Source of the DNA: an uncultured Bacteroidales bacterium
Lineage (GTDB): Bacteria; Bacteroidota; Bacteroidia; Bacteroidales; GWA2-32-17
DNA: 64,000 nucleotides
Assembly: GCA_937960415.1 (NCBI GenBank)
Contig: CALGPK010000006.1
Location: 1,416-65,415, forward strand
Reading direction: 5' to 3'
The notes under the pieces are model-generated. The model was not told the DNA's origin. It saw only the letters and a program-made list of their open reading frames with translations, and did no database searches. The translations under genes were made by a program, and so were the position numbers. How positions within the stretch are numbered: the stretch's first letter is position 1; each line of letters starts with the position of its first letter. Shown here piece by piece: positions 20,529-31,133 of this stretch.

Positions 20529-21232
20529 TGGGACAAAAAGTTAATCCAATTAGCAATCGTTTAGGAATCATTTTAGGATGGGATTCCAATTGGTATGGCG
20601 GACAAAACTATGCCGATAAAATTGTAGAAGATTACAAAATACGTAAATATTTACGCACCCGTTTGTCCAAAGCCAGCGTTTCTAAAATATTAATCGAACG
20701 CACATTAAAGTTATTAAACGTTACTATTCATACAGCTCGTCCAGGTACAATTATTGGAAAAGGTGGACAGGAAGTTGACAAACTAAAAGAAGAAATTAAG
20801 AAAATTACGGGTAAAGAAGTACAATTAAATATATCCGAAATAAAACGCCCCGAATTGGATGCATATTTGGTGGCCAGCAATATTGCACGCCAGATAGAAG
20901 GAAAAATAGCCTATCGTCGTGCTATTAAAATGGCTATTGCATCGGCTATTCGTATGGGAGCAGAAGGAATTAAAGTAACCATCTCGGGTCGTATCAATGG
21001 AGCAGAAATGGCTCGTAGAGAAACATACAAAGAAGGTAGAATCCCATTGCATACTTTCAGAGCCGATATAGACTATGCTCTTGCAGAAGCACTAACAAAA
21101 ACCGGTCTGCTTGGAATTAAGGTTTGGATTTGCAAAGGCGAAGTTTACGGAAAACGTAATATTGTTCCGGTAGCAGAAACTAAACAAAATAAACCAAAAC
21201 CAAAAGGTTTCCAATCGAGAAGAAAAAAATAA
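20528..21232 (+). CDS. rpsC: 30S ribosomal protein S3 (uS3)
   Basis: 234 aa. [13 protein letters not shown] start and KH-domain [11 protein letters not shown]. Its start overlaps the rplV stop by 1 nt. Confidence 0.97.
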   Translation: MGQKVNPISNRLGIILGWDSNWYGGQNYADKIVEDYKIRKYLRTRLSKASVSKILIERTLKLLNVTIHTARPGTIIGKGGQEVDKLKEEIKKITGKEVQLNISEIKRPELDAYLVASNIARQIEGKIAYRRAIKMAIASAIRMGAEGIKVTISGRINGAEMARRETYKEGRIPLHTFRADIDYALAEALTKTGLLGIKVWICKGEVYGKRNIVPVAETKQNKPKPKGFQSRRKK

Positions 21233-21251
21233 ACTTTAAAACTGAAGTATC

Positions 21252-21677
21252 ATGTTACAGCCAAACAAAACAAAATATAGAAGGCAGCAAAAGGGTAGAA
21301 TGAAAGGTGTTGCACAACGTGGAACAACTTTGGCTTTTGGACAATTTGGGATCAAAACACTTGAATCGGCATGGATAACCAGTCGTCAGATTGAAGCTGC
21401 CCGTCAGGCTATTACACGTTACATGAAACGCGAAGGACAGTTGTGGATTCGCATTTTCCCCGATAAACCAATTACAAAAAAGCCTGCCGAAGTGCGTATG
21501 GGTAAAGGTAAAGGAGCACCCGAAGGATTTGTAGCACCAGTTACACCCGGTAGAGTTTTATTTGAAGTGGATGGCGTGCCCTTAGAAGTTGCTAAAGAAG
21601 CTTTGCGTTTGGGTGCACAAAAATTGCCTGTTGTAACAAAGTTTATCATTCATCCTAATTATACCGAAACAATTTAG
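21252..21677 (+). CDS. rplP: 50S ribosomal protein L16 (uL16)
   Basis: 141 aa. [19 protein letters not shown] start and [14 protein letters not shown] motif. Confidence 0.97.
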   Translation: MLQPNKTKYRRQQKGRMKGVAQRGTTLAFGQFGIKTLESAWITSRQIEAARQAITRYMKREGQLWIRIFPDKPITKKPAEVRMGKGKGAPEGFVAPVTPGRVLFEVDGVPLEVAKEALRLGAQKLPVVTKFIIHPNYTETI

Positions 21678-21681
21678 TGCT

Positions 21682-21888
21682 ATGAAAAAGATAGAAATAA
21701 AAGACTTAACAACCAAGGAACTCATTGAAAAGATTCAGGATGAGAAGTTGTTGCTTACTAAAATGAAGCTCAATCATCACATCAACCCACTGGATAATCC
21801 TATGAAAATTCGTCAGACTCGTCGTAATATCGCACGTTTGATGACCGAATTACGTGCTCGTCAATTAAAAGAAAATCAAAAAAGCTAA
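21682..21888 (+). CDS. rpmC: 50S ribosomal protein L29 (uL29)
   Basis: 68 aa, helical, with the [15 protein letters not shown] motif. It lies between rplP and rpsQ. Confidence 0.93.
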   Translation: MKKIEIKDLTTKELIEKIQDEKLLLTKMKLNHHINPLDNPMKIRQTRRNIARLMTELRARQLKENQKS

Positions 21889-21893
21889 CACAC

Positions 21894-22151
21894 ATGGAAA
21901 CCAGAAAATCAAGAAAAGTTAGAATTGGTGTTGTAGTCAGCAATAAAATGAACAAATCAATTGTTGTTGCTGAACAAAGAAAAGTTAAGCACCCCAAATA
22001 CGGAAAGTTTATCAACAAAACCACACGATACATGGCACACGATGAAAAACAAGAATGCCAAATAGGTGATCTTGTTAAAATAATGGAGACCAGACCTTTA
22101 AGTAAAAACAAGTGCTGGCGTTTAGTAGAAATCATAGAAAGAGCTAAGTAG
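21894..22151 (+). CDS. rpsQ: 30S ribosomal protein S17 (uS17)
   Basis: 85 aa. [14 protein letters not shown]...HPKYGK...YMAHDE...[14 protein letters not shown] are typical of uS17. Confidence 0.96.
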   Translation: METRKSRKVRIGVVVSNKMNKSIVVAEQRKVKHPKYGKFINKTTRYMAHDEKQECQIGDLVKIMETRPLSKNKCWRLVEIIERAK

Positions 22152-22153
22152 TT

Positions 22154-22522
22154 ATGATACAGCAAGAATCTAGATTAGTTGTGGCCGACAACAGTGGAGC
22201 AAAAGAAGTACTCTGCATAAGAGTATTAGGAGGCTCCGGAAAAAAATATGCCACAGTGGGCGATAAAATTGTTGTTACGGTAAAATCGGCATTACCATCG
22301 TCCGAAATTAAAAAAGGAACGGTAACCAAAGCCGTGGTTGTAAGAACTAAGAAAGAAGTTAGACGCAAAGATGGTTCGTACATCCGATTTGACGATAATG
22401 CAGTAGTTTTACTCAATCAAGCCGATGAATTGAGAGGAACTCGTATTTTCGGTCCTGTTGCTCGCGAACTACGCGAAAAACAATACATGAAGATTGTTTC
22501 ACTAGCACCCGAAGTGCTTTAA
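22154..22522 (+). CDS. rplN: 50S ribosomal protein L14 (uL14)
   Basis: 122 aa. [17 protein letters not shown] start and FGPVARELR near the C-terminus. Confidence 0.98.
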   Translation: MIQQESRLVVADNSGAKEVLCIRVLGGSGKKYATVGDKIVVTVKSALPSSEIKKGTVTKAVVVRTKKEVRRKDGSYIRFDDNAVVLLNQADELRGTRIFGPVARELREKQYMKIVSLAPEVL

Positions 22523-22533
22523 AAATTCTCACT

Positions 22534-22857
22534 ATGGCAAGAAAAATGCACATTAAAAAAGGAGATACGGTAATAGTCATAGCCGGCGACTCAAAAGGTT
22601 CTGAGGGTCGTGTTCTTTCTGTAAACTACGAAAAGCAAACAGCTATTGTTGAAGGTGTGAATCTGGTTTCGAAACATACTAAACCTAGTTCAAAAAATCC
22701 ACAGGGAGGCATTATTAAAAAAGAAGCTCCCATACATGTTTCCAATTTGATGCACAAAGATCCGGTATCGGGTAAGCCTACTCGTATAGGACGGAGACTC
22801 AATGATAAAAATAAACGTGTACGTTACGCAAAAAAATCAGGGGAGGAGATTAAATAA
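22534..22857 (+). CDS. rplX: 50S ribosomal protein L24 (uL24)
   Basis: 107 aa. [17 protein letters not shown] motif. spc-operon order fits. Confidence 0.95.
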   Translation: MARKMHIKKGDTVIVIAGDSKGSEGRVLSVNYEKQTAIVEGVNLVSKHTKPSSKNPQGGIIKKEAPIHVSNLMHKDPVSGKPTRIGRRLNDKNKRVRYAKKSGEEIK

Positions 22858-23414
22858 TGGAATACATACCAACACTTAAAAAGAAATACAAAGAAGAAAT
22901 TGTGCCTGCCTTAATGAAAGAATTTAATTACAAAAGTATCATGCAGGTACCTAAGATTGAGAAAATTGTTATCAATCAAGGTCTTGGCGATGCAGTTGCC
23001 GACAAGAAACTCATAGATGTTGCTGTGAATGAAATTGCAGCAATTGCAGGCCAAAAACCAATTGTAACATACTCCAAAAAAGACATTTCTAACTTTAAAT
23101 TAAGAAAAGGAATGCCAATTGGAGTTAAAGTTACACTCAGACGCGATCGTATGTACGAATTTTTAGAACGTTTAATTTGTATCTCCTTACCTCGAATCAG
23201 AGACTTTAAAGGTGTAAATTATAAGTTCGACGGTAGAGGTAATTATACACTTGGAGTTAGCGAACAAATCATCTTTCCCGAAATAGACCTCGATAAGGTG
23301 GTTAAAATTAAAGGTATGGAAATTACTTTTACTACCACCGCAAAAACCGACGAAGAAGGTTATGCTTTGTTAAAACACTTCGGTATTCCATTTAAAAACA
23401 TAAAAAAGAATTAA
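22857..23414 (+). CDS. rplE: 50S ribosomal protein L5 (uL5)
   Basis: 185 aa. [25 protein letters not shown] and [16 protein letters not shown] motifs. Its start overlaps the rplX stop by 1 nt. Confidence 0.97.
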   Translation: MEYIPTLKKKYKEEIVPALMKEFNYKSIMQVPKIEKIVINQGLGDAVADKKLIDVAVNEIAAIAGQKPIVTYSKKDISNFKLRKGMPIGVKVTLRRDRMYEFLERLICISLPRIRDFKGVNYKFDGRGNYTLGVSEQIIFPEIDLDKVVKIKGMEITFTTTAKTDEEGYALLKHFGIPFKNIKKN

Positions 23415-23417
23415 GAT

Positions 23418-23687
23418 ATGGCAAAAGAATCGATGAAAGCCCGTGAGCGTAAAAGAAAAGCTCTATTCGATAAATACGAACCCAAACGGCAACAATTAAA
23501 AGCCGAGGGCAATTATGTTGCATTACAAAAGCTGCCTCGCAATAGCTCAAAAACTCGCTTACACAACCGTTGTTCAATTACCGGACGCCCAAAAGGCTAC
23601 ATGAGACTTTTCGGTTTGAGCCGTATCACATTTAGAGAAATGGCATCCGCTGGACTCATCCCCGGAGTGAAAAAAGCAAGTTGGTAA
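23418..23687 (+). CDS. rpsN: 30S ribosomal protein S14 (uS14), long Cys-poor form
   Basis: 89 aa. [43 protein letters not shown]. It has a single Cys, so it is not the short zinc-ribbon form. Confidence 0.96.
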   Translation: MAKESMKARERKRKALFDKYEPKRQQLKAEGNYVALQKLPRNSSKTRLHNRCSITGRPKGYMRLFGLSRITFREMASAGLIPGVKKASW

Positions 23688-23707
23688 AACATTAAAATAT
23701 TAAGAAC

Positions 23708-24103
23708 ATGACCGATCCAATAGCAGATTATTTAACACGTATTAGAAATGCAGTAAAAGCAAGACATCGTATTGTTGAAATACCTGCATCTAACATCAAA
23801 AAAACAATAACTAAAATTTTGTTCGATAAAGGCTATATCCTAAACTATAAATTTGAGGATGATGGTGTGCAGGGAAAGATTAAAATTGCCTTAAAATACG
23901 ATCCCAACACAAAAGAACCTGCCATCAGACATCTCGAACGAGTAAGTACACCGGGTTTAAGAAAATATGCCGGTAAAGACAAATTGCCTCGAGTACTTAA
24001 CGGCTTGGGAATAGCCATAATTTCTACATCGCAAGGCTTAATAACCGACAAGGAGGCAAGAGCCAAAGGAATAGGTGGCGAAGTTATTTGTTATGTTTAT
24101 TAA
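23708..24103 (+). CDS. rpsH: 30S ribosomal protein S8 (uS8)
   Basis: 131 aa. [15 protein letters not shown] start and [10 protein letters not shown]-terminus. Confidence 0.97.
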   Translation: MTDPIADYLTRIRNAVKARHRIVEIPASNIKKTITKILFDKGYILNYKFEDDGVQGKIKIALKYDPNTKEPAIRHLERVSTPGLRKYAGKDKLPRVLNGLGIAIISTSQGLITDKEARAKGIGGEVICYVY

Positions 24104-24115
24104 AATAATGATGCT

Positions 24116-24667
24116 ATGTCAAGAATAGGTAAATTACCCATACCCATACCCGAAAAGGTTCAAGTTACCATAGGAGAAGGTATTGTTAAAGTGAAAGGAC
24201 CACTAGGAGAGCTATCGCAAAAGTACGATCCTTTGTTTACGATTAAAATAGATAACAACGAGATAATTATCGAACGTCCGAGCGACGAAAAGCACCATCG
24301 TTCGCTTCATGGTTTATACAGAGCTCTCATAAACAACATGATAGTGGGTGTAACTAAAGGCTGGACCATTCAACAAGAAGTGGTTGGTGTAGGATACAAA
24401 GCCGAAGCAAACGGGCAATTGCTTACATTGTCGTTGGGTTATTCTCACGATATTATCATCGAAATGCCACCCGAAGTGAAAGTTACTGCTGTTACCGAAC
24501 GTCGTTCTAATCCTATTATTACTCTTACCAGTATTGACAAACAATTATTGGGGCAGGTGGCTGCTAAAATTCGTTCGTTGCGTAAGCCCGAACCATACAA
24601 AGGAAAAGGAATTAAGTTTGTTGGAGAAGTATTACGTCGTAAAGCAGGTAAATCTGCTGCTAAATAA
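24116..24667 (+). CDS. rplF: 50S ribosomal protein L6 (uL6)
   Basis: 183 aa. MSRIGKLPIPIP start and PEPYKGKGIKF motif. Confidence 0.97.
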   Translation: MSRIGKLPIPIPEKVQVTIGEGIVKVKGPLGELSQKYDPLFTIKIDNNEIIIERPSDEKHHRSLHGLYRALINNMIVGVTKGWTIQQEVVGVGYKAEANGQLLTLSLGYSHDIIIEMPPEVKVTAVTERRSNPIITLTSIDKQLLGQVAAKIRSLRKPEPYKGKGIKFVGEVLRRKAGKSAAK

Positions 24668-24676
24668 TTAAGTGCT

Positions 24677-25033
24677 ATGGCAAAGTCTAAAATAGAACGT
24701 AGAGCAAAGATTAAAAAAAGAATCCGCAAAAGAGTTAGCGGAACTGCTGAAAGACCAAGAATGACGGTTTTTAGAAGCAATAAACACATTTTCGTACAAT
24801 TGATCGACGATATTAAAGGACACACCCTGGTATCAACATCATCGAGAATAAAAGAAATAAGTCAAATTCAAGGAAATAAAACACAAAAAGCTGCCGAAGT
24901 AGGCAAAATAATAGCCCAAAAAGCTTTAAATGCAGGTATCACTTCGGTTGTATTTGACAGAAATGGATACCTCTATCACGGCAGAGTTAAAGCCTTAGCA
25001 GAAGCAGCAAGACAAAATGGCCTTAAATTTTAA
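24677..25033 (+). CDS. rplR: 50S ribosomal protein L18 (uL18)
   Basis: 118 aa. [20 protein letters not shown] and [26 protein letters not shown]. Confidence 0.97.
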   Translation: MAKSKIERRAKIKKRIRKRVSGTAERPRMTVFRSNKHIFVQLIDDIKGHTLVSTSSRIKEISQIQGNKTQKAAEVGKIIAQKALNAGITSVVFDRNGYLYHGRVKALAEAARQNGLKF

Positions 25034-25557
25034 TGATTATGTTAACAAGTGGAATTAGAAAAATAAAAACTACCGATTTAGAGCTTAAAGATCGTTTAGT
25101 AGCCGTTCAACGTGTAACAAAGGTTACCAAAGGTGGACGTCATTTTAGCTTTTCAGCTATTGTTGTTGTAGGAAATGAAAATGGAATTGTGGGTTATGGT
25201 TTAGGAAAAGCAAACGAAGTAACTACTGCTATTGCTAAAGCTGTAGAAGATGCCAAAAAGAATTTAATTAAAGTGCCCATTCTTAAAGGAACTATTCCAC
25301 ACGAACAAGAAGCTAAATTTGGTGGTGCACGTGTATTTTTAAAACCTGCATCGAGCGGTACGGGGGTAAAAGCAGGTGGTGCTATGCGAGCAGTACTCGA
25401 AAGCGTTGGCGTTAAAGACGTATTAGCTAAATCGAAAGGCAGTTCAAACCCTCATAATCTTGTAAAAGCTACTATTAAAGCCCTTATGCTCATGAGAGAT
25501 GCATACACCGTAGCTAAAAATAGAAATATACCCATTGAAAAAGTATTTAACGGCTAA
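25033..25557 (+). CDS. rpsE: 30S ribosomal protein S5 (uS5)
   Basis: [34 protein letters not shown] and [14 protein letters not shown] motifs. The ATG at 25033 overlaps the rplR stop (TAATG). An alternative ATG lies at 25039. Confidence 0.95.
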   Translation: MIMLTSGIRKIKTTDLELKDRLVAVQRVTKVTKGGRHFSFSAIVVVGNENGIVGYGLGKANEVTTAIAKAVEDAKKNLIKVPILKGTIPHEQEAKFGGARVFLKPASSGTGVKAGGAMRAVLESVGVKDVLAKSKGSSNPHNLVKATIKALMLMRDAYTVAKNRNIPIEKVFNG

Positions 25558-25558
25558 T

Positions 25559-25564
25559 AGGAGG
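25559..25564 (+). promoter_or_regulatory. Shine-Dalgarno-like AGGAGG in the rpsE-rpmD spacer
   Basis: The 11-nt spacer TAGGAGGCAAT contains a perfect AGGAGG ending 4 nt before the rpmD ATG. Most other starts in the window have no such element in non-coding sequence. Confidence 0.45.
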
Positions 25565-25568
25565 CAAT

Positions 25569-25748
25569 ATGAAACGAGTAAAAATAACGCAAATAAGAAG
25601 CCGTATAGGTTCCAACCCTTCACAAAGAGCAACATTAGATGCTCTGGGATTAAGAAGAATGCATCAAACTGTTGAACACAATCTTAATCCTCAGATAGAA
25701 GGAATGATAAAAAAAGTAAAACATTTAGTAAATGTAGAATATCTATAA
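25569..25748 (+). CDS. rpmD: 50S ribosomal protein L30 (uL30)
   Basis: Not in the ORF track (59 aa). My translation is MKRVKITQIRSRIGSNPSQRATLDALGLRRMHQTVEHNLNPQIEGMIKKVKHLVNVEYL. It has the typical uL30 pattern and sits at the expected position between rpsE and rplO. Confidence 0.92.
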   Translation: MKRVKITQIRSRIGSNPSQRATLDALGLRRMHQTVEHNLNPQIEGMIKKVKHLVNVEYL

Positions 25749-25760
25749 TAGTAGAACGAT

Positions 25761-26210
25761 ATGGATTTGAGTAATTTAAAACCAGCAGAAGGTTCAGTTC
25801 ATCGCGAAAAAAAACGCTTAGGCCGAGGAGAAGGATCCGGAAAAGGCGGTACAGCTACACGCGGACATAAGGGAGCAAAGTCTCGTTCGGGGTATAGTCG
25901 CAAAAGAGGCTTCGAAGGTGGACAAATGCCTTTGCAACGTACATCGCCTAAATTTGGCTTTAAGAATATTAACCGCAAAGAATATAAAGCCGTTAACTTG
26001 CACGTAATAGAACATTTGGCAAATACCACTAATGCCGATATTATTGATCCCGAATTAATGCGTGATTACGGATTAATACCTAAAAATTGTTTGGTTAAAA
26101 TTTTAGGTGTAGGGACATTAACACGTAAACTTGAAGTTAAAGCACATGCATTTAGTGCTAGCGCCGAAAAGGCCATTATTGCGTTAGGGGGTACCGTTAC
26201 AAAATTATAA
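25761..26210 (+). CDS. rplO: 50S ribosomal protein L15 (uL15)
   Basis: 149 aa. [25 protein letters not shown] Gly/basic N-terminal region and GGQMPLQR motif. Confidence 0.96.
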   Translation: MDLSNLKPAEGSVHREKKRLGRGEGSGKGGTATRGHKGAKSRSGYSRKRGFEGGQMPLQRTSPKFGFKNINRKEYKAVNLHVIEHLANTTNADIIDPELMRDYGLIPKNCLVKILGVGTLTRKLEVKAHAFSASAEKAIIALGGTVTKL

Positions 26211-26213
26211 TGC

Positions 26214-27548
26214 ATGAAACGATTTATTGAGATATTAACGAATATATATAAAATTGAAGAACTCAGAACACGTATTTTATATACGTTGGGCATTTTATTA
26301 GTATATCGATTGGGTTCTTTTGTTGTTTTGCCGGGAATTGATCCCTCGCAATTAGAAAATTTGAAACGACAAACATCCGAAGGAATTTTAGGTCTGTTAG
26401 ATATGTTTTCTGGAGGCGCTTTTTCCAACGCATCTATTTTTGCACTAGGTATTATGCCTTACATCTCTGCTTCTATTGTTGTCCAATTATTAGGTATAGC
26501 TGTACCCTATTTTCAACGACTCCAAAAAGAAGGCGAAAGCGGACGTAAGAAAATTAACCAAATTACGCGTCTTTTAACAGTTTTAATACTTCTTTTACAA
26601 GCCCCCAGTTATTTGACTAATTTACATTATCAATTGCCCGAATCGGCATTTGTCCTTACCGGTAAAGCATTTACCATATCGAGCATGTTTTTACTTACAG
26701 CAGGAACTATTTTTGTAATGTGGTTAGGCGAAAAAATTACCGATAAGGGGATAGGGAATGGTATATCATTGATTATCATGGTGGGAATTATTGCCCGATT
26801 GCCCTATGCTTTTGGAGCTGAGTTTGCCTCGCGTTTAGATGGTGCTGGTGGTTTGGTTGTTTTACTAGTCGAAATTCTCTTCTTGTTGTTTGTCATTGCA
26901 GGAAGCATTTTGCTGGTTCAAGGTACGCGACGAATTCCGGTTCAATATGCAAAGCGTATTGTTGGAAATAAACAATATGGCGGAGTTCGTCAGTACATCC
27001 CTCTTAAAATAAATGCAGCCGGTGTAATGCCCATCATTTTTGCTCAAGCTTTAATGTTTATACCTACTATTATAATTGGTTTTGCTGGCGATTCAGCATC
27101 CGGATTCGCTGCAGCGTTTTCAAGTTATACCAGTTTCTGGTATAATTTATTGTTCTTTATTCTGATTATATTGTTCACATATTTTTATACGGCTATTATC
27201 ATGAATCCTATTCAAATGGCCGACGAAATGAAGAAGAACGGTGGTTTTATACCAGGTGTTAAACCTGGTAAAAAAACTGCCGAATTTATCGATACCATTA
27301 TGTCGCGTATCACGTTACCCGGTTCAATATTCTTAGGAATAGTGGCCATAATGCCTGCATTTGCTGTATTGATTGGTATAAACAACCAGTTTGCACAGTT
27401 TTTTGGCGGCACCTCGTTGTTGATTCTCGTTGGTGTAGTATTAGACACATTACAGCAAATCGAAAGTTATCTTATTATGCGTCATTACGATGGGTTTACC
27501 AAAAGCGGACGAATTAAGGGTCGTTCGTCCGGTGTAACATCCATTTAA
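26214..27548 (+). CDS. secY: Preprotein translocase subunit SecY
   Basis: 444 aa, 10-TM pattern. LRTRILYTLGILLVYRLGSFVVLPGID, SIFALGIMPYISASIVVQLL and GGFIPGVKPGKKTAEFI motifs. Confidence 0.98.
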   Translation: MKRFIEILTNIYKIEELRTRILYTLGILLVYRLGSFVVLPGIDPSQLENLKRQTSEGILGLLDMFSGGAFSNASIFALGIMPYISASIVVQLLGIAVPYFQRLQKEGESGRKKINQITRLLTVLILLLQAPSYLTNLHYQLPESAFVLTGKAFTISSMFLLTAGTIFVMWLGEKITDKGIGNGISLIIMVGIIARLPYAFGAEFASRLDGAGGLVVLLVEILFLLFVIAGSILLVQGTRRIPVQYAKRIVGNKQYGGVRQYIPLKINAAGVMPIIFAQALMFIPTIIIGFAGDSASGFAAAFSSYTSFWYNLLFFILIILFTYFYTAIIMNPIQMADEMKKNGGFIPGVKPGKKTAEFIDTIMSRITLPGSIFLGIVAIMPAFAVLIGINNQFAQFFGGTSLLILVGVVLDTLQQIESYLIMRHYDGFTKSGRIKGRSSGVTSI

Positions 27549-27571
27549 AACATATAAGACCAGGTTCTTTG

Positions 27572-28333
27572 ATGATTTTGATTAAGACTGCTGAAGAAAT
27601 TAAACGAATGAAAGAAAGTGCAGAAATACTTTCTAAAACATTCGGTTTAATAAAGACGATGATACAGCCTGGTATAAAAACAAAGGAAATAGATGCTGAA
27701 GCAGAAAAGTTTATTCGAGCACATGGTGCTGTACCATCGTTTAAAGGATATCAAAATTACCCTGCATCGCTCTGTATATCGGTTAATCAACAGGTGGTGC
27801 ATGGTATTCCTTCCGATTATGCTTTAAAGGAAGGCGATATAGTATCAGTCGATGGAGGAGTCTATTACAAGGGGTATCATAGCGATATGGCATACACTTT
27901 TATAGTAGGCAACATTCCACCTATTACACAAAAGCTAGTTACGGTTACAAAAGAATCGCTATTCAAAGCCATTAGCAAAATTAAAGAAGGTGTAAGACTG
28001 GGAGATATCGGAAGCATCATTCAGCAGCACGTAGAATCAAATGGTTTTTCGATTGTACGCGATCTGGTAGGTCATGGAATAGGTAAGTCGCTGCACGAAG
28101 CACCCCAAGTTCCGAATTATGGTACTCGCGGCAAAGGCCATGAGCTCAAAGAGGGCATGACACTGGCTATAGAGCCTATGGTAAATATGGGCAAGCGACA
28201 TGTCTTAGTAGCCAATGATGGTTGGACAGTATTTGCAAAAGATGGCTTACCCAGTGCACATTTCGAACATACCATTGTGGTTAGAAAAAATGAAGCTGAA
28301 ATTTTAACAAGTTATCAATATATAGAAAATTAA
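27572..28333 (+). CDS. map: Type I methionine aminopeptidase
   Basis: Metal-ligand motifs VHGIP, DIVSVDGG.YKGYHSD, GHGIG, LAIEPM and HFEHT. The first ATG at 27572 is preferred over the TTG at 27569 used by the track. Confidence 0.96.
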   Translation: MILIKTAEEIKRMKESAEILSKTFGLIKTMIQPGIKTKEIDAEAEKFIRAHGAVPSFKGYQNYPASLCISVNQQVVHGIPSDYALKEGDIVSVDGGVYYKGYHSDMAYTFIVGNIPPITQKLVTVTKESLFKAISKIKEGVRLGDIGSIIQQHVESNGFSIVRDLVGHGIGKSLHEAPQVPNYGTRGKGHELKEGMTLAIEPMVNMGKRHVLVANDGWTVFAKDGLPSAHFEHTIVVRKNEAEILTSYQYIEN

Positions 28334-28336
28334 CGT

Positions 28337-28555
28337 ATGGCAAAACAACCTTCGATAGAATTAGATGGTACTATTATCGAAGCTCTTTCGAATGCGATGT
28401 TTCGCGTTCAGTTAGAGAATGGGCATATTATTACTGCTCATATTTCGGGAAAAATGAGAATGAATTATATTCGTATTTTACCCGGCGATAAAGTACGTGT
28501 TGAAATGTCGCCATACGATTTAACTAAAGGAAGAATAAGTTTTAGATATAAATAA
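28337..28555 (+). CDS. infA: Translation initiation factor IF-1
   Basis: 72 aa. [56 protein letters not shown] is a near-invariant IF-1 sequence. Confidence 0.98.
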   Translation: MAKQPSIELDGTIIEALSNAMFRVQLENGHIITAHISGKMRMNYIRILPGDKVRVEMSPYDLTKGRISFRYK

Positions 28556-28567
28556 AAGTTAAAGAAA

Positions 28568-28684
28568 ATGAAAGTTAAAGCATCTATTAAAAAACGAAGT
28601 GATGAATGCCAGATTGTAAGGCGTAAAGGACGTTTGTATGTGATTAATAAAAAGAACCCTAAATTTAAACAACGTCAAGGATAA
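28568..28684 (+). CDS. rpmJ: 50S ribosomal protein L36 (bL36), Cys-poor form
   Basis: Not in the ORF track (38 aa). My translation is [38 protein letters not shown]. It has the typical bL36 frame but only one Cys. It sits at the expected position between infA and rpsM. Confidence 0.92.
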   Translation: MKVKASIKKRSDECQIVRRKGRLYVINKKNPKFKQRQG

Positions 28685-28689
28685 TTTAT

Positions 28690-28697
28690 TAATTTTG
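28690..28697 (+). promoter_or_regulatory. Possible internal -7 promoter box TAATTTTG upstream of rpsM
   Basis: Exact TAnnTTTG in the 37-nt rpmJ-rpsM spacer, 24 nt before the rpsM ATG. The spacer is AT-rich, so a chance match is plausible. Confidence 0.3.
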
Positions 28698-28721
28698 TAA
28701 CCTTTTTTAAAAAATATAAAT

Positions 28722-29099
28722 ATGGCACGTATCGCAGGAGTTGATATTCCAGACAAAAAAAGAGGAGAAATAGCTCTCACGTATATTTTTGGTATAGGTA
28801 GGAGCACTGCAAAAAAGATTTTAAAAGAGACCGGAGTCGATCCAAATCTTAAAGTTGAAAAATGGAACGACGAGCAGATGACAAAAATTCGTAATTACAT
28901 TGCTCAAAATTTGAAAATCGAAGGTGAACTTCGTTCCGAAATACAGCTTAGCATAAAACGACTGATGGACATTGGTTGTTATAGAGGAATACGTCATCGA
29001 GCAGGATTGCCCGTCCGTGGACAACGTACACGTACCAATGCACGTACACGTCGTGGGAAAAAGAAAACTGTTGCAAATAAAAAGAAAGCCACTAAATAA
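28722..29099 (+). CDS. rpsM: 30S ribosomal protein S13 (uS13)
   Basis: 125 aa. [10 protein letters not shown] start and [26 protein letters not shown] motif. Confidence 0.98.
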   Translation: MARIAGVDIPDKKRGEIALTYIFGIGRSTAKKILKETGVDPNLKVEKWNDEQMTKIRNYIAQNLKIEGELRSEIQLSIKRLMDIGCYRGIRHRAGLPVRGQRTRTNARTRRGKKKTVANKKKATK

Positions 29100-29108
29100 G
29101 AGTTGATT

Positions 29109-29501
29109 ATGGCAAAAAAAACAGCAAAAGTAACCAAGAAGAAAAACGTAAAGGTTGAAGCCGTTGGACAGGCTCATATTCATACCTCTTTTAACAATAT
29201 AATAATTTGTTTAACCAACAACGATGGCGAAGTTATTTCGTGGTCGTCGGCGGGAAAAAATGGTTTTAGAGGTTCAAAGAAAAATACTCCCTATGCAGCT
29301 CAGGTTGCGGCTGAAGAATGTGCAAAAGTTGCTTACGACCTTGGCTTGCGAAAAGTTAAGGTATTCGTTAAAGGACCTGGTGCTGGTCGCGAATCGGCTA
29401 TACGAACCATCGCATCCGTTGGTATTGAAGTTACCGAAATTATCGATGTAACTCCATTGCCACATAATGGGTGTCGTCCACCAAAAAGAAGAAGAGTATA
29501 A
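29109..29501 (+). CDS. rpsK: 30S ribosomal protein S11 (uS11)
   Basis: [30 protein letters not shown]...[11 protein letters not shown] and [14 protein letters not shown]-terminus. The ATG at 29109 is preferred over the TTG at 29103. Confidence 0.97.
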   Translation: MAKKTAKVTKKKNVKVEAVGQAHIHTSFNNIIICLTNNDGEVISWSSAGKNGFRGSKKNTPYAAQVAAEECAKVAYDLGLRKVKVFVKGPGAGRESAIRTIASVGIEVTEIIDVTPLPHNGCRPPKRRRV

Positions 29502-29520
29502 TCTTTAAATTGTTAAATAC

Positions 29521-30126
29521 ATGGCAAGATACAGAGGACCTAAAACACGCATTGCAAGAAAATTCGGAGAACCTATTTACGGACCGGATAAAGTATTTGA
29601 ACGTAAGAAACATGCTCCCGGAATGCACGGAGTAAATAAAAGAAGAAAAACAACAGAATATGGTATTCAGCTTCGTGAGAAGCAAAAAGCAAAATACACG
29701 TATGGTGTTCTTGAACGTCAGTTTAGGAGATATTTTTCGATAGCCACGCGCAAAAAAGGAGTTACAGGCGAAGTTTTGCTCCAGATTCTCGAATCGCGTC
29801 TCGATAATATCGTTTATCGTTTAGGTATAGCTCCAACACGCGATGCGGCCCGTCAACTTGTTTCGCATCGTCATATTCTAGTTAATAATAAAGTGTGCAA
29901 TATTCCATCAACCATTCTCAAACCGGGCGATGTAGTAGCTGTTAGAGAACGTTCAAAAGCACTTGAAGTTATTACCGATAGCCTCGCACGTCATCATCAC
30001 TCCAAATATCCATGGCTTGAATGGAATGCTTCTGAAATGACCGGTAAATACTTGATGCTACCCGAACGCGAAATGATCCCAGAAAATATTAAGGAACAAT
30101 TAATCGTTGAATTATACTCTAAATAA
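29521..30126 (+). CDS. rpsD: 30S ribosomal protein S4 (uS4)
   Basis: 201 aa. MARYRGPK start and an S4 RNA-binding domain ([35 protein letters not shown]). Confidence 0.98.
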   Translation: MARYRGPKTRIARKFGEPIYGPDKVFERKKHAPGMHGVNKRRKTTEYGIQLREKQKAKYTYGVLERQFRRYFSIATRKKGVTGEVLLQILESRLDNIVYRLGIAPTRDAARQLVSHRHILVNNKVCNIPSTILKPGDVVAVRERSKALEVITDSLARHHHSKYPWLEWNASEMTGKYLMLPEREMIPENIKEQLIVELYSK

Positions 30127-30135
30127 TATTTTAAT

Positions 30136-31128
30136 ATGGCAATATTGACATTTCAAAAACCTGATAAAGTTATAATGCTCGAGTCAACGGATAGACACGG
30201 TAAGTTTGAATTCCGTCCGTTGGAACCGGGTTATGGCTTAACAGTAGGTAATGCCTTACGCAGAGTGTTGTTATCTTCGCTCGAAGGTTATGCTATAACT
30301 CGAATTAAAATAGATGGTGTAGACCACGAGTTTTCTACTATTAAGGGAGTGGTTGAAGACGTTACCGAAATTATTTTGAATCTTAAACAAATACGATTTA
30401 AACGTCAATTAGAAAGTGTTGACAACGAAGTAGTAAACGTTACCATTAGTGGACAAGAGGAATTTAAAGCCGGCGATATCACTCGTTTTCTTACCAGTTT
30501 TACAGTTCTTAATCCAGAATTGCACATTTGCACCCTCGAACCTTCTGTAAAGTTACACATTACCATGTGGATAAGCAAAGGCAGAGGTTATGTTCCTGCC
30601 GAAGAAAATAAAACCGAAGACATGGAAATAGGTATTATTCCCATGGATTCGATTTTTACACCCATCAGAAATGTAAAATATCACATCGAAAATGTTCGTG
30701 TAGAACAAAAAACAGATTACGAAAAACTTATCATCGAAATTGAAACCGATGGTTCAATTTTCCCGCTCGATGCTTTGAAAGAAGCTGCCAAGATTTTAAT
30801 TTATCATTTCATGCTCTTTAGCGACGAAAAAATTGGTTTTGAATTTGAAGAACGAAGCGATGTGGACGAATTCGATGAAGAAACATTACGTATGAGACAG
30901 TTGCTCAAAACAAAGCTTACGGATTTAGATTTATCGGTAAGAGCATTGAATTGTCTTAAGTCGGCAGACATAGAAACATTAGGAGACCTGGTTACTTACA
31001 ACAAAAATGACCTGCTTAAGTTTAGAAATTTTGGAAAGAAATCGCTTACAGAATTAGAAGAACTATTGACAAACATGGGACTCATGTTTGGTATGGATAT
31101 ATCAAAGTATAAATTAGACAAAGATTAA
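30136..31128 (+). CDS. rpoA: DNA-directed RNA polymerase subunit alpha
   Basis: 330 aa. N-terminal domain [21 protein letters not shown]-terminal domain [23 protein letters not shown]...[11 protein letters not shown]. Confidence 0.98.
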   Translation: MAILTFQKPDKVIMLESTDRHGKFEFRPLEPGYGLTVGNALRRVLLSSLEGYAITRIKIDGVDHEFSTIKGVVEDVTEIILNLKQIRFKRQLESVDNEVVNVTISGQEEFKAGDITRFLTSFTVLNPELHICTLEPSVKLHITMWISKGRGYVPAEENKTEDMEIGIIPMDSIFTPIRNVKYHIENVRVEQKTDYEKLIIEIETDGSIFPLDALKEAAKILIYHFMLFSDEKIGFEFEERSDVDEFDEETLRMRQLLKTKLTDLDLSVRALNCLKSADIETLGDLVTYNKNDLLKFRNFGKKSLTELEELLTNMGLMFGMDISKYKLDKD

Positions 31129-31133
31129 AAGCA

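Noticed and set aside
18046-25033. One-nucleotide start/stop overlaps (TAATG-type) at rplC/rplD, rplV/rpsC, rplX/rplE and rplR/rpsE as possible recoding sites.
   Set aside because: These are ordinary translational-coupling junctions common in ribosomal operons. There are no slippery heptamers or downstream structures suggesting frameshifting.
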